A DNA stretch of 63,035 nt, filler included, from Methanobacteriota archaeon (GTDB lineage: Archaea > JACRDV01), in NCBI GenBank assembly GCA_024860865.1. It is 4 parts of 4 records of this genome, joined end to end, with 100 filler letters (N's around TTAATTAATTAA, not from the genome) between each part and the next. Parts side by side here need not be neighbours in the genome. Positions count along the whole stretch, not along the records: positions 31,583 to 60,173 come from JACRDV010000067.1; 3 more parts are not named here. One strand, given 5' to 3'. The notes below the pieces were generated by a model. That model was not told where the DNA came from. It ran no database searches and saw nothing but the letters and a program-made list of their open reading frames with translations. Position 1 is the stretch's first letter, and each line of letters opens with the position of its first letter. The translations under genes and the position numbers were made by a program. Below are positions 47,720-58,055 of the stretch, piece after piece.

Positions 47720-49179
47720 GTCAATACCGCTATTGTTGTAAGTATTATATTGAGCATAAATCCTATTAAAAATGCAAAGGGGAAGATAAAGAGAGCTATA
47801 CCAATTGCTGTTTTTATTCCTCTTTCTTTCACCATCATTGAAAATTGAGCGATGCATGGCACGAAGAGAGTGAGAGTAACTGCAGAAACTGCAAGTTGTA
47901 CCCCAGATAATATGCCGGTTTGTTGAAGATCATACAGCCCAGCTGCACCATAATCTCTCCTAAAGAAACCAAACAGAAAAACCAATGCTGCCTTGTCTGG
48001 TAGCCCGATTGAGTTTACTAAAGGTTCTAAGCTCTTTACTATCAAATTAAACAGCCCGGTAATTTGGCCCATCCAAATCAATATGCTTGCCAATATAAAT
48101 AATGGAAAAACTTCCATAAAATACCATTCTACCCTTGTATAAGTCTTAGTAAGAACATTTGATAATATCGGCATCCTTAATGGCGGTATTTCCATATAGA
48201 AGCTTGGCTTTTCTCCAGGCATTATTTTAGAGGTCAAATATCCTACTGCTAGAAATATCAGAATCACAACTACTGCCCATATCCAGAATGCTTTAGGATT
48301 GCTGGAGAGAATTGCAAGAATAACGCCTAACTGCGCCGAACAAGGAATAGCTAAAGCCAATAGCAGAGTTGCGATGACCTTTTCTCTTTTAGTTTCGAGT
48401 ACTCTAGTTACCATAGTTGCCATTGTATCACAACCAAATCCAAGCACCATAGGTATTACTGCTCTTCCACTTAGTCCTATACTTTTGAATAACCTGTCAA
48501 TTAGCATAGCTAACCTTGGAAAGTAACCAGTATCTTCCATAATAGAAAAAGCGATAAAAAAAGTTGAAACAATTGGTAATATCAAAGCAACAGCATATCT
48601 CACTCCTAAAGTGATAATCCCATAATCACCAGCGAACAAACCTTGAATGAGGATATATGGAATATATTTAGCAACTATATTATTTATAAATGGGTTAATA
48701 TATTCCCCAAAAATTACATTTTCAAAAAAATTAACTAATACTTGAGCTCCAAAGACGCCTACAAATTGATAGAGTCCGAAATACAGAATAATAAAAAGGA
48801 TAGGGATTCCAGTTATCGGATTCATCATTATTCTGCTAAGTCTTTCCGAAAAACTAATTTTAAACTCCAGAGGGAGAGTCAACACACGAGCGGTTATTTT
48901 ATCGGCTTCTTCGTAGCGGCTCTTTGTTATAACATAATTTAAAGGATATCTATAGCGACTTTGAATTTCCTTTGCAACTTCTTCGATTGGCTTATAATTT
49001 TCACCTTCTCTTTCTTTAACTAAATTCTGTATCTCGGTGTCTCCTTGTAAAAGCAGTAGCCCAATTGCTCTCTTTGAAAGCAGGTAATCGCTTTTTAAAA
49101 GAGCCTCTATTTTTTCTAAGGGTGATTCAATAGTTTCATCATATCTGACCTTTCTTGCTTCTGACTTTAACAAATTCAC
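47716..49179 (-). CDS. feoB: FeoB membrane domain (split gene, C-part)
   Basis: EDTGYFPR, GFGC, IPCSAQ, FYMEIPPLR. Confidence 0.93.
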   Translation of the reverse strand: MNLLKSEARKVRYDETIESPLEKIEALLKSDYLLSKRAIGLLLLQGDTEIQNLVKEREGENYKPIEEVAKEIQSRYRYPLNYVITKSRYEEADKITARVLTLPLEFKISFSERLSRIMMNPITGIPILFIILYFGLYQFVGVFGAQVLVNFFENVIFGEYINPFINNIVAKYIPYILIQGLFAGDYGIITLGVRYAVALILPIVSTFFIAFSIMEDTGYFPRLAMLIDRLFKSIGLSGRAVIPMVLGFGCDTMATMVTRVLETKREKVIATLLLALAIPCSAQLGVILAILSSNPKAFWIWAVVVILIFLAVGYLTSKIMPGEKPSFYMEIPPLRMPILSNVLTKTYTRVEWYFMEVFPLFILASILIWMGQITGLFNLIVKSLEPLVNSIGLPDKAALVFLFGFFRRDYGAAGLYDLQQTGILSGVQLAVSAVTLTLFVPCIAQFSMMVKERGIKTAIGIALFIFPFAFLIGFMLNIILTTIAVLT

Positions 49180-49738
49180 CCACTCTCTTTTTTAAGGTAT
49201 CTATACCTTCACCTGTAGTAGAAATAGTAGCAACAACTGGAACGCCTAGCTCTTCTTCAAGGCGCTTAACATCGATTTTTATCCCTGCCCTCTCTGCCTC
49301 ATCCATAATGTTTAGATCTAAAATAACTGGGAGGCCAGCTTCAATTAATTGAAGTGTTAGGGGAAGCATTCTTTCTAGGTTTTTTGCGTCAATGATGTGG
49401 AGCACAACTTCTGGCTTTTCTTTTAGGAGTATTGATCTGGCTACTCGCTCTTCTTCGGTAATTGGAAATAATGAATACATACCTGGCGTATCTATAACTT
49501 CAAACTCTTCTTTTTCGATCCTTGTTTTTCCTCTAGAAACCTCCACTGTTGTGCCTGGATAATTTGAAACAGCAACATATGCTCCGGTCAGGTTGTTAAA
49601 CATAGCACTCTTTCCGACATTTGGACTTCCTACTATTGCTAATTTCTTCAGGCCTTGAATGGTGACATTAGATCCAGCATGACAGCTAGCATTTCGGTTA
49701 AATATATTTGTTAATTTTTTTAAAAATGGCATTTCCAT
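49139..49738 (-). CDS. feoB: FeoB GTPase domain (split gene, N-part)
   Basis: GSPNVGKS, NYPGTT, DTPG, NIMD. Confidence 0.93.
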   Translation of the reverse strand: MEMPFLKKLTNIFNRNASCHAGSNVTIQGLKKLAIVGSPNVGKSAMFNNLTGAYVAVSNYPGTTVEVSRGKTRIEKEEFEVIDTPGMYSLFPITEEERVARSILLKEKPEVVLHIIDAKNLERMLPLTLQLIEAGLPVILDLNIMDEAERAGIKIDVKRLEEELGVPVVATISTTGEGIDTLKKRVGEFVKVRSKKGQI

Positions 49739-49767
49739 GTTAATCCCAATGTATCGGTAGACTTAAC

Positions 49768-50190
49768 TTACTTGCAGCATTTTCCCCGTGGTATCTCATT
49801 TCCATGCGGACACTGTCTTGGGTGATTTAAAGATCTACAAAGGGTGTTAGCAAATTCTTCAGTCATATGATGCTCGATGCCGCAAACTACTTTTTCATCT
49901 ATTTCTGCATTGAGTGTATTTTTTATTAAGAGCTCAATTAATCTGTGATTTCTTATGATCTGCTCTGCCGCCTTTCGACCCCTCTTTGTGAGCTTAACAC
50001 CTTCTCTCTCTTTGTAAGCGACATAACCGCGTTCTTCTAACTTCTTTAACATTTCAACAGCACTTGGGCGAGAAATGCTTAACCTTTGTGCAATTTCACT
50101 AATTCTTGCTAATGCCACTCCATTTTCTTCAAATATCCACAAGGTCTCGAGATATTCTTCGATATTTTCAGAAGGTTCCATTTCCATCAC
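49768..50190 (-). CDS. DtxR/MntR-family metal-dependent repressor
   Basis: EEYLE, RNHRLIE, CGIEH, CPHG. Confidence 0.92.
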   Translation of the reverse strand: MMEMEPSENIEEYLETLWIFEENGVALARISEIAQRLSISRPSAVEMLKKLEERGYVAYKEREGVKLTKRGRKAAEQIIRNHRLIELLIKNTLNAEIDEKVVCGIEHHMTEEFANTLCRSLNHPRQCPHGNEIPRGKCCK

Positions 50191-50229
50191 CTATTAGCTG
50201 TTGTTTCTCTCTATGATGTTAAAAATTTT

Positions 50230-50266
50230 AATTAGGTATACCTAATTATTAGTTAGGTACGCCTAA
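50230..50266. promoter_or_regulatory. Tandem DtxR-like operator palindromes TTAGG-N4-CCTAA
   Basis: AATTAGGTATACCTAATT 50230-50247 and TTAGGTACGCCTAA 50253-50266, upstream of the dtxR-feo operon and abutting a TATA-like element. Confidence 0.85.
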
Positions 50267-50561
50267 TATATAAAAGTCCCCTTAAAAACAGACCGAACTA
50301 TTGCACCAATATGGCAATTAATTCTAAATGAAGACTGCAAAAAAATTAAATTTTACTCGTTTAGTTACCATTCTTGCTCTCGCAACTGCGGAAAAAAGAT
50401 AAACTAGTAAAAGAATTTTGTCCTCGACTCCTAGTGATTAATAACACAATTAATAGTAACTCATACAGGGTTACCTAATGTCCTTGTGCATCGCATGGTT
50501 CCACATATTCATGTATATAAAGGATTGCGTTAGAAAACCCCTTGGAGTGCCATGTTGCCAT

Positions 50562-51245
50562 CTATAAAACTAATTTAAAAAAATAATAATTAGAAAGCCC
50601 GATAAGAAAAAGAAGAATAGAGGCGGGAACTGAAACTATCATAACTGCACGAGCTGCCGAAAATTTATAGATTTTCTGCACGCTTATTACCCAGAGACAA
50701 ACCATCCAAAGAAAAGATATAATGAAAATAATGGTAACAGGAATATAATTTCTAGAAAGGTCCATAAAAAATTGGGATTCAGTTGCCCCTTCTATAAATT
50801 TTATTTTAATCAAAGCAGTAGTTGCTATAAAAGCGATAACTGAAAAAAACATCGGAGTATGGCTGTACCCTATTAAAGCAAGCAAGTTGGTAAACTTTTT
50901 CTTTTGACCTTGAAAAAGTCTGCTCAACACGTGAAGAAGGGCAGCCACACCTAACCAAAAGATTAGCGCTGTCACAATTACTCCTGGCGCACTAAAAAGC
51001 ATCTCATTTGCTATAATGGTAATTGGCGGTGCACGGAAAGGAAGACCCGAATATGCCAGTTTAACTGCAAAAATAAACATCCCCAAAATAAAGGAAACCC
51101 ATAAAGTAAAAACTATGAGAAATGGAAAATCCAGCGATTCAGTTTCTGCTAGCTTTTCGAATGCCTTAGATGGAGATAAAATAATCTCCCTTAAAACCTG
51201 CCACCGCTTCTGTGTTCTTAAAGAAAGCCCTAACGTACATTCCAT
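50562..51245 (-). CDS. Yip1-domain membrane protein
   Basis: IILSPSKAFEKL, five TM segments, IGYSHTP, W...QKIYKFS..RA. Confidence 0.85.
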   Translation of the reverse strand: MECTLGLSLRTQKRWQVLREIILSPSKAFEKLAETESLDFPFLIVFTLWVSFILGMFIFAVKLAYSGLPFRAPPITIIANEMLFSAPGVIVTALIFWLGVAALLHVLSRLFQGQKKKFTNLLALIGYSHTPMFFSVIAFIATTALIKIKFIEGATESQFFMDLSRNYIPVTIIFIISFLWMVCLWVISVQKIYKFSAARAVMIVSVPASILLFLIGLSNYYFFKLVL

Positions 51246-51262
51246 ATTATAAAACCACGCTC

Positions 51263-51587
51263 TTATCCATTACATGTTGGTATTGTTAAAAAGCACCATC
51301 CCCATCCTTTTGTTGGTTTATCACAGTATGCAAAGCCTGTTGTAGGGCCGGTCCAGATAACTGAATACATTTTGCAGGGGAGCCCGAGCGAATACCATCC
51401 ACACCAGCCGGACCAGCCGGTGGAAAGCATGCACTAGGGATCCTTTTTCTCCTTGCCCTTTGGATCTGAGTTTCCGTGCTCTTCATTGGTTGCCACGGCG
51501 AACGGCGATAAAAGCAATGCGATAGTACTGGCGATGACTCCAAATAAGACCATTCTTCTTAAGCAATCTCCTCCTTTTCTGCCTCAT
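51263..51587 (-). pseudogene. Disrupted secreted six-Cys, Trp-rich peptide precursor
   Basis: MRQKRRRLLKK / frameshift / MVLFGVIASTIALLLSPFAVA-TNEEHGNSDPKGKEKKDP-TAG-CMLSTGWSGWCGWYSLGLPCKMYSVIWTGPTTGFAYCDKPTKGWGWCFLTIPTCNG*. Confidence 0.7.
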
Positions 51588-51819
51588 AGCGACTTGCTCA
51601 TCCCATTCGGTCATTTTTTATTAATAGGCTTAGATAAGTTTTATTTGAGAATTTCTCACAAAGAATTGCAACTTTTGCAATTTTTTTTGCAATTTTTGCA
51701 GAAAAATTTTTTAAAATTAGAACAGCAAAAAACTGAAATTTTTATGGGAAAGATGCCCTGCTGTTTCTAAGTAGTAGGCAGCTCATAATTGTTCCATGGA
51801 TCCTACTCGTTTTTAAAAG

Positions 51820-52296
51820 TTACGGCAATCCTGGTTGTAAAGTCAATTGATATGCTTTTATAACATCTGGCAAATTCATTTTAATTTTGTTACCTTCAAT
51901 TGTTGTGGGTACAAAAGCTTTAGGGTAGTTCACACAATACCCCTCTATTCCTCCGCCTGTTTTTGCATCAAAGGTCGTACCACACGCATCGCAGATTAAA
52001 ACATCCCCTTTCAAATGCCAACTCCTTGATTGACAGGGTACGCATATTCTAGCCATTGTATTAATTTTTCCATTCTGCGTTTTTACTATCATTATTGAGA
52101 TAGTTTTTCCGTTAGCTATTACATCAAAATCAACAAATCTATGATTCTCAACCAAATTCACTGGAATAGACACTATATCGCCATCGATACTAGGATTTGT
52201 CCAATATGCACTTATAGCACGCATTTTTAAAGCTACAAAAATAGCAGCTATTACTATTACCAAGGATAATATTGAAACAACAATTATTTTTTTCAT
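51820..52296 (-). CDS. Membrane-anchored Fe-S/Cys protein (DUF2318-like)
   Basis: CVPC, ICDACGTTF, GYCVNYP. Confidence 0.8.
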   Translation of the reverse strand: MKKIIVVSILSLVIVIAAIFVALKMRAISAYWTNPSIDGDIVSIPVNLVENHRFVDFDVIANGKTISIMIVKTQNGKINTMARICVPCQSRSWHLKGDVLICDACGTTFDAKTGGGIEGYCVNYPKAFVPTTIEGNKIKMNLPDVIKAYQLTLQPGLP

Positions 52297-52982
52297 TTTT
52301 TATCATCCTGATTTTTATCTTCAACGATTTTTCCATCTTTAAATAAAATTAATCGCTTAGCGTGGCTAGCCTTTTCTGGGTCATGTGTAACCATGAGAAT
52401 AGTGTGGCCTTCTTCATTCAGTTGGTCAAATAGTCGCTGGATCTCTAGCCCGCTATTATAATCTAGATTTCCAGTAGGTTCGTCTGCTAAAATCAATGTG
52501 GGGTTATTAACTAAAGCTCTAGCAACAGAGACTCTCTGTTGTTCTCCACCACTGAGTTCAGTCGGTTTATGGTTAGCTCTTCTACTTAGGCCTACTTTTC
52601 CAAGCATTTCTATAGCTCGTTGTTTTTGTGTCCCATCTGGGCTCCCAGAGAATATTAGCGGGAGCATTACATTTTCAAGAGCGGTTAAAGATGGAATTAA
52701 ATGATATTCTTGGAATACATATGCAATTTTTCCTCGCCTAATATTTACTAAAGCATTTTCATTCAGATTGTCAATTCTCATTCCATCTAAAATTATTTCC
52801 CCCTTTGTCGGGCGATCCAACCCCCCAAGCACATTGAGAAGAGTTGTTTTACCAGAACCACTTGGACCCATAACCGCTATATAATCCCCTTCATTTACTT
52901 GCAATGAAATATTATCTAATGCAAAAACTTTTGCAGTTCCATCTCCATAAATTTTTGATACATTTTTAGCTTCTAAAATCAT
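52293..52982 (-). CDS. ABC ATPase, LolD/MacB type
   Basis: GPSGSGKT, LSGGEQQRV, ADEPTGNLD. Confidence 0.95.
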   Translation of the reverse strand: MILEAKNVSKIYGDGTAKVFALDNISLQVNEGDYIAVMGPSGSGKTTLLNVLGGLDRPTKGEIILDGMRIDNLNENALVNIRRGKIAYVFQEYHLIPSLTALENVMLPLIFSGSPDGTQKQRAIEMLGKVGLSRRANHKPTELSGGEQQRVSVARALVNNPTLILADEPTGNLDYNSGLEIQRLFDQLNEEGHTILMVTHDPEKASHAKRLILFKDGKIVEDKNQDDKK

Positions 52983-52992
52983 TTTTTATCAC

Positions 52993-54207
52993 TTAGAGAG
53001 TTCTAAATGCATCCGCGATTTTAATCCTCGATGCCCTGAACGATGGATAAATGCTTGCAAAAATGCTGGCAAGAATTGCTAGAACTAAAGAGATTGGTAA
53101 ATACTCAAGAACAAACCTTATAACAATGCCTTTAAAAATCAGTGGGCCAATGATATAGGCTGCAATTGTTCCGACTATATAACCAATTATCCCTCCAATT
53201 ACTCCAATAGCAATTGCCTCAAAAAGGAAAACTTGAATAAGCTGTCCCTGAGAAGCTCCAGAAGCTTTCATAATTCCAATCTCCCGCACCCGTTCATGAA
53301 TTGATGTCATCATTGTATTAATCACGCCTAAACAACCTACTATCATTGTAATTCCTGCTAAAACTAACAAAAAATTGTTCGTTTTTTCCATCATTCCCAT
53401 CTCAGCAGAGGCTATTTGTTTTACAGCTACAGCTCTTACGCCAGCTACTTCGTTATTGATGCCACGAGCCACATCCTCAACAGGACATGCATTGCATAGC
53501 GCTCGAATATCTATTGTGGAAATAGATCCTTCTTTTCCAAAAGCAACTTGAGCAGTTTTTAATGGGATAAAAATTTGATAATCATCAATTGAAGCAGTTT
53601 CCTCTAAAACACCAATAACTGTTAATTCTTTTTTTCCAATTAATAATGTATCTCCTACGTTAAGTTTTAATGCACCAAAAGCATGAGTTCCAAGCAATGC
53701 TTCATCTTCTTTTTCGATATACTTCCCTTGAGCAATATTCCACCAAATTCGAAGTTTTCTTTCTTCAGCAGGATCGATGCCCACAACAATTACTTTTTTT
53801 CCATTAATATCAGCATTTGTGTAAAGCCTAGGAGCAATAGTTGCAATATTACCAACGTCTTCAAATGGAATCCCTCTATCTTTGAATCCTTTTCTTATCA
53901 GATCATCTGTGATCTGTCTGACTTTTGGCAGCACATTATCCTGAATATAGTTCTCACCAACTGCTAATGTGCCCATGCTCAAACCGCCGAGTGACATAGA
54001 GATATCGCTTATAGCTGGTGTTACCATGAGATTAGGGCCGTATTTGTTCAACTCATCGTTTATTTTGATCTGCCCAGCTAAGGCAATTGTTAAAATTGCC
54101 ACTATTGTAGTCACACCAATAATTACCCCAAGCGATGTATACATTACTCGAATTTTTCTGCGTATGATTTCTTTTAGAGCAACTTGGTAAAGCTTCATAG
54201 TAAACAC
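52993..54207 (-). CDS. MacB/FtsX-type ABC permease with extracellular CNAC motif
   Basis: ERVREIGIMKASGA; ALCNACP. Confidence 0.92.
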   Translation of the reverse strand: MFTMKLYQVALKEIIRRKIRVMYTSLGVIIGVTTIVAILTIALAGQIKINDELNKYGPNLMVTPAISDISMSLGGLSMGTLAVGENYIQDNVLPKVRQITDDLIRKGFKDRGIPFEDVGNIATIAPRLYTNADINGKKVIVVGIDPAEERKLRIWWNIAQGKYIEKEDEALLGTHAFGALKLNVGDTLLIGKKELTVIGVLEETASIDDYQIFIPLKTAQVAFGKEGSISTIDIRALCNACPVEDVARGINNEVAGVRAVAVKQIASAEMGMMEKTNNFLLVLAGITMIVGCLGVINTMMTSIHERVREIGIMKASGASQGQLIQVFLFEAIAIGVIGGIIGYIVGTIAAYIIGPLIFKGIVIRFVLEYLPISLVLAILASIFASIYPSFRASRIKIADAFRTL

Positions 54208-54632
54208 TAATAGCTTAATTCAGTGACACTATTTCCTCTCACTGCTAATTTCATTATTGGCTTGCCATCTTTTAAAATATCCACTTCAATGTGGCAGCCT
54301 AAATCAGTTGCAGTGGCTGTTACCGCATCGTCATTATATCTGTTTTGGTAATAAGTTAAGCCAGCTGTAATAGCATCTTGTGCCCGGTCACCCGTTTGTC
54401 GTATATTAACAGAAGTCCCACTTCCACCGCTGCAACTGCATGGGCTAGAACTGCTGCAACAACCACCGCCCTTGCTATAGCTCAGAAATGTAGCGCTATC
54501 ATATCCTAAATTAATTTTTGAATAACTGTAAGCCAATGCGTCGAGTATTGCCACACCGAAAATTGCCAAAAACATTAAACTGAATACTTTCATTTTACCC
54601 ATGCTATCCCTTTTTGGGTGGTTATTAACCAC
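54207..54632 (-). CDS. Membrane-anchored Cys-containing protein
   Basis: TM, GGGCC..CSC, DLGCHIE. Confidence 0.65.
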   Translation of the reverse strand: MVNNHPKRDSMGKMKVFSLMFLAIFGVAILDALAYSYSKINLGYDSATFLSYSKGGGCCSSSSPCSCSGGSGTSVNIRQTGDRAQDAITAGLTYYQNRYNDDAVTATATDLGCHIEVDILKDGKPIMKLAVRGNSVTELSY

Positions 54633-54740
54633 TTAAAAAGAAGATTGAAAAGAATTATATGGTTTTACCAAAATTATACCCAAATTTTTTTACAGGACTA
54701 TTTTTATTTAATTTGTTTGATAATTAATAAACATAAACTT

Positions 54741-54998
54741 TTACGACGACGCTGTACTAACAAACTTCAAAATAAGATACAGCCCAACAACTATAATCCC
54801 AATAAACAAACTATCAAAAAGAAAAATGAGCAAAGGATGGAATGCTCCAAAACCATAGCTCCATGTCATTGGGCCTCCGTAAACTCTACCTCCCATCATC
54901 GGGCACCACCAGTTTCCAGCTCTATAAAACGGGAAGAAGGCTGCTAAACCAAACAGTCCAAGAACGACTAAAATAATTCCAACTAAACCTTTGTCCAA
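54741..54998 (-). CDS. Small 2-TM protein with CPMMG loop
   Basis: Translation. Confidence 0.65.
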   Translation of the reverse strand: MDKGLVGIILVVLGLFGLAAFFPFYRAGNWWCPMMGGRVYGGPMTWSYGFGAFHPLLIFLFDSLFIGIIVVGLYLILKFVSTASS

Positions 54999-55021
54999 GT
55001 TTATCCCTTCAATTTTTTAGG

Positions 55022-55339
55022 TTATTTTTCAATTTCTTTTTTCATCTCCAAGTATTGTTCTTTAGTTATCTCTCCTTTTGCATACCTTTCTTTTAATATG
55101 TTCAAAGCGCGCTCTTTTTCAGAGCGAATTGGTTCTTCCATCCTTCTAAATAAAAAGTAAAGGATGAGAACAATGATCAATATCCAAAATATCATACCGA
55201 ACCCCATCCACCCAAACCCCCAGCCGTAACCCATCATTCCAGGACCCATTGTTGATCCAATAAACATTCCTAAAGAAATCACGACTAGAAATATTAGAAA
55301 AATTCCAATTAATATTACAGTTAAATCTTTTTCACTCAA
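55022..55339 (-). CDS. SHOCT-domain membrane protein with Gly/Met-rich loop
   Basis: ALNILKERYAKGEITKEQY. Confidence 0.9.
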   Translation of the reverse strand: MSEKDLTVILIGIFLIFLVVISLGMFIGSTMGPGMMGYGWGFGWMGFGMIFWILIIVLILYFLFRRMEEPIRSEKERALNILKERYAKGEITKEQYLEMKKEIEK

Positions 55340-55378
55340 TTTTTTTCCTCCTAAATAATTATAAAGAAGGAGGTTTAT

Positions 55379-56248
55379 TTATTCCTCCTCCTCAAACTCA
55401 AATACATTTAGAACTTGTCCATGCCAATTTTCGAACAATATCTGTCCAGTGTATCCGTTTACGTTGATTTGCGCAACAGTTTTGCCATCCTTTTTCCCAT
55501 GAAACTCATAGAAACCGTAGTACACCTCTGGATCGCCTACTGATATGCCTAAGTTATTTTGTTTGATGAAGTTTTCAAGAATCTCCATAGCTTGGTTTCC
55601 GGCTATGCTCATCGGCACATTGTATCCATACGCCATATGTCCATACTTAGTATTCCACATCATATTTGGGCCCATCTCAGGTATTATGTTTCCCGTATAT
55701 TTGTCTACAAGGAACTCAAATGCATGCATGCCAGTATCCTTTTCTTTAACTTCGACTTCGAATTGAGCTATGAACTCAATTATCTCATCGATTTTTAAGT
55801 TTGAATTTGCTTTAAGATAGTTTTCTGCGATTTCTTTAGCTTTGTTTACATCGGTAGTTTGTTGTTGTCCATAAGGTGAATATCCGCCCCACATTGGGCA
55901 TCCAAAACCTCTACCCACTTGGCCGTAGCCAGTAGGCCCTTTTGTGGTGTTAAATTGATTCCAATATGACTGTCCAAAGAATCCGCTTGTCCAAGGCCCT
56001 ATTCCAAATCTCCAACACTGACCTCTATATGCTCCAGAACCCATCATCCAAGGTCCCATTCCATATGAAGGCCCATATCCATAAGGTGACAATTGTATGG
56101 TGCTATACTGATTTACATAGGGCTGAGAACCATATCCCCCTCGCATCATGCTTCCTGATCCCCAATGCATCATTGCGTAAGCTGGGGATACGGACAAGAC
56201 TAATATGGAGATCCCGAACGCTGCGAAAAATAATTTCTCTTTTTTCAT
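55379..56248 (-). CDS. Secreted Gly/Met/Tyr-rich protein with PepSY-like domains
   Basis: Signal peptide; VDKYTG, PEMGPNMMWNTKYG, VNGYTG. Confidence 0.8.
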   Translation of the reverse strand: MKKEKLFFAAFGISILVLSVSPAYAMMHWGSGSMMRGGYGSQPYVNQYSTIQLSPYGYGPSYGMGPWMMGSGAYRGQCWRFGIGPWTSGFFGQSYWNQFNTTKGPTGYGQVGRGFGCPMWGGYSPYGQQQTTDVNKAKEIAENYLKANSNLKIDEIIEFIAQFEVEVKEKDTGMHAFEFLVDKYTGNIIPEMGPNMMWNTKYGHMAYGYNVPMSIAGNQAMEILENFIKQNNLGISVGDPEVYYGFYEFHGKKDGKTVAQINVNGYTGQILFENWHGQVLNVFEFEEEE

Positions 56249-56365
56249 AGTTGCTCACCTCTTTTTGATAAGGACCTTCTTTGATGTGTTTAATAGCCTT
56301 TGTCCGGGATCTCTTCCGAATCATTCCCAAATTAATTATAAAACAAGAACAAAAGCAAAAAAATT

Positions 56366-56665
56366 CTACTTTCTGACTAAACTTAAGAAAATAATGAGAG
56401 CAATAAACTCAAAAACCTGTGAAATGAACATATATGTTCTAAACTCGGTTGAAAGCATAAGTCCTTGGAAAAATTCAATTATTGGAAATGAAAAAACTGC
56501 TTGAACAAGCATTACTAGACCAAATAAAGTCAAGCCGAAGTTAAATCTAGATTTTATGTTCTTATAGATTTGGAGAAATTGATAAACTATAGCGCAAATC
56601 ATTAAAACATTGGCCAAACTTAAGGCCAACTGGAGCCAGTATAAAATTTCGCTCAAAGATTTCAC
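56366..56665 (-). CDS. 3-TM membrane protein, paralog of 58056-58343
   Basis: N..., YKNIKSRFNFGL..F, FEFIAL. Confidence 0.75.
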   Translation of the reverse strand: MKSLSEILYWLQLALSLANVLMICAIVYQFLQIYKNIKSRFNFGLTLFGLVMLVQAVFSFPIIEFFQGLMLSTEFRTYMFISQVFEFIALIIFLSLVRK

Positions 56666-56695
56666 CTCTTATGTCTTCAATATTTTATAAGATTT

Positions 56696-57034
56696 TTACT
56701 TTTTCTCAATTTTCTTCAAAATTTCTTCAAATTCATTAAAGCTTCCTTCGAGCTCGGGAGTTGGAAAATAGACAGCACCATAGCCTTCTCCAAAGGGAGC
56801 TAGTAGTTTATTTTCAACTAATATATCCAAGTGATATCGAACTGTCTTGTAATCTAGTTTTAAATCTTCGGCTAGTTGATTAGCATTCCTTGGGCGCTCT
56901 TTTATCGACAAAATAATTTTACCTCTAGTAACACCGCCCTTTGTTCCGGCAATAATCCACCACAGCATTTTTTTATAATCAGCAAAAGGCAAAAAATCAT
57001 CCTTTGTGGTAATCAATATTATTTTCATTTTCAA
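56696..57034 (-). CDS. ArsR-like wHTH regulator, paralog of 57752-58033
   Basis: WIIAGTKGG.TR, NANQLA, YKTVRYHL; start probably downstream of 57034. Confidence 0.88.
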   Translation of the reverse strand: MKMKIILITTKDDFLPFADYKKMLWWIIAGTKGGVTRGKIILSIKERPRNANQLAEDLKLDYKTVRYHLDILVENKLLAPFGEGYGAVYFPTPELEGSFNEFEEILKKIEKK

Positions 57035-57371
57035 TTATGATGAACTTCAAAGTTCCTTTAAGTTAAAATTTTTGAGCAATCATACTTTAGGTTAAAAGAA
57101 TACGCCTTTATTTATCAACAATCTTGGATAACTGAGTATTTTTAAAAATGAAATTTTTGAAGTGTTCTTAATTATATTAGCTTCTGATACTTTAGCTTTT
57201 GAGACAAGTATAGGTGCGACTATTAAATTTAAATGATTTGGGTATTAGTTATGTGTAATCTATGCATATTTTTGGGAAATCCTTAATTTTTATAAGGATT
57301 TCATAAATTGTAAGGCCTTGAAGTTCTAGGCCTCATTTCCTACCTCATTTTTATTTTTTATTGAGAAAAAA

Positions 57372-57611
57372 ATGGAAAGATTAAGAATGAATGTGAATGT
57401 TGGTTTACTTCTAATAATTTTTAGCATATTTGGAATTTTAGCATTTTTTCCAATACCCATGCGAAGTGGATTTACCTGCCCGCTAGGATATGGCGAAACC
57501 TATGATGGGTTGTTACTTCTTCCCACTCTTCAATTGATCTTCTCGGCTCTTTTAGCAATCGGGATTTATGCATTTTTAAAGGAGAAAGAAGGCCCAACGC
57601 TCAGAATTTAA
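57372..57611 (+). CDS. Small 2-TM protein resembling 54741-54998
   Basis: G..L...G..AFFP....CP in both. Confidence 0.6.
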   Translation: MERLRMNVNVGLLLIIFSIFGILAFFPIPMRSGFTCPLGYGETYDGLLLLPTLQLIFSALLAIGIYAFLKEKEGPTLRI

Positions 57612-57751
57612 AGCAATAGCGGTTGGATTTGAGGCATATGCTGATTCTATATTTCAGAATAACGGCTAAAAACTCATCTTAGCAGTAAACCGCAATGTTA
57701 TTGCCATTTTTTCCAATAATAATATTAAGTTAAATTTGCAACTATTTTTCG

Positions 57752-58033
57752 ATGAGGCGGCTATTCTGGTTATTATTCGTTGGAACTCGTGGCGGCAGCA
57801 CGCGAGCAGAAATTGTGCGCTTTTTAAAAGAAAAGCCATCTAATGCAAATCAGTTAGCAGAAGCGCTAAATTTAAACTATAAAACTATTCGCCATCATTT
57901 AAAGGTACTGTTAGATAATGAATTGATAGTCGCTGAGGGTGAGGGATATAGCATTATGTATTTTTTATCCCCTCTGATGGAGCAAAACTATGTATTGTTC
58001 GAAGAAATTAGATCAAAAATATGGAAAAAATAG
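57752..58033 (+). CDS. ArsR-like wHTH regulator
   Basis: LFVGTRGG.TR, NANQLA, YKTIRHHL. Confidence 0.9.
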   Translation: MRRLFWLLFVGTRGGSTRAEIVRFLKEKPSNANQLAEALNLNYKTIRHHLKVLLDNELIVAEGEGYSIMYFLSPLMEQNYVLFEEIRSKIWKK

Positions 58034-58055
58034 TTGGTAAAGAGGTGTTAAACAA

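Noticed and set aside
51286..51770. ORF-track proteins 51286-51543 and 51453-51770
   Set aside because: Alternative-frame or antisense shadows of the disrupted peptide gene.
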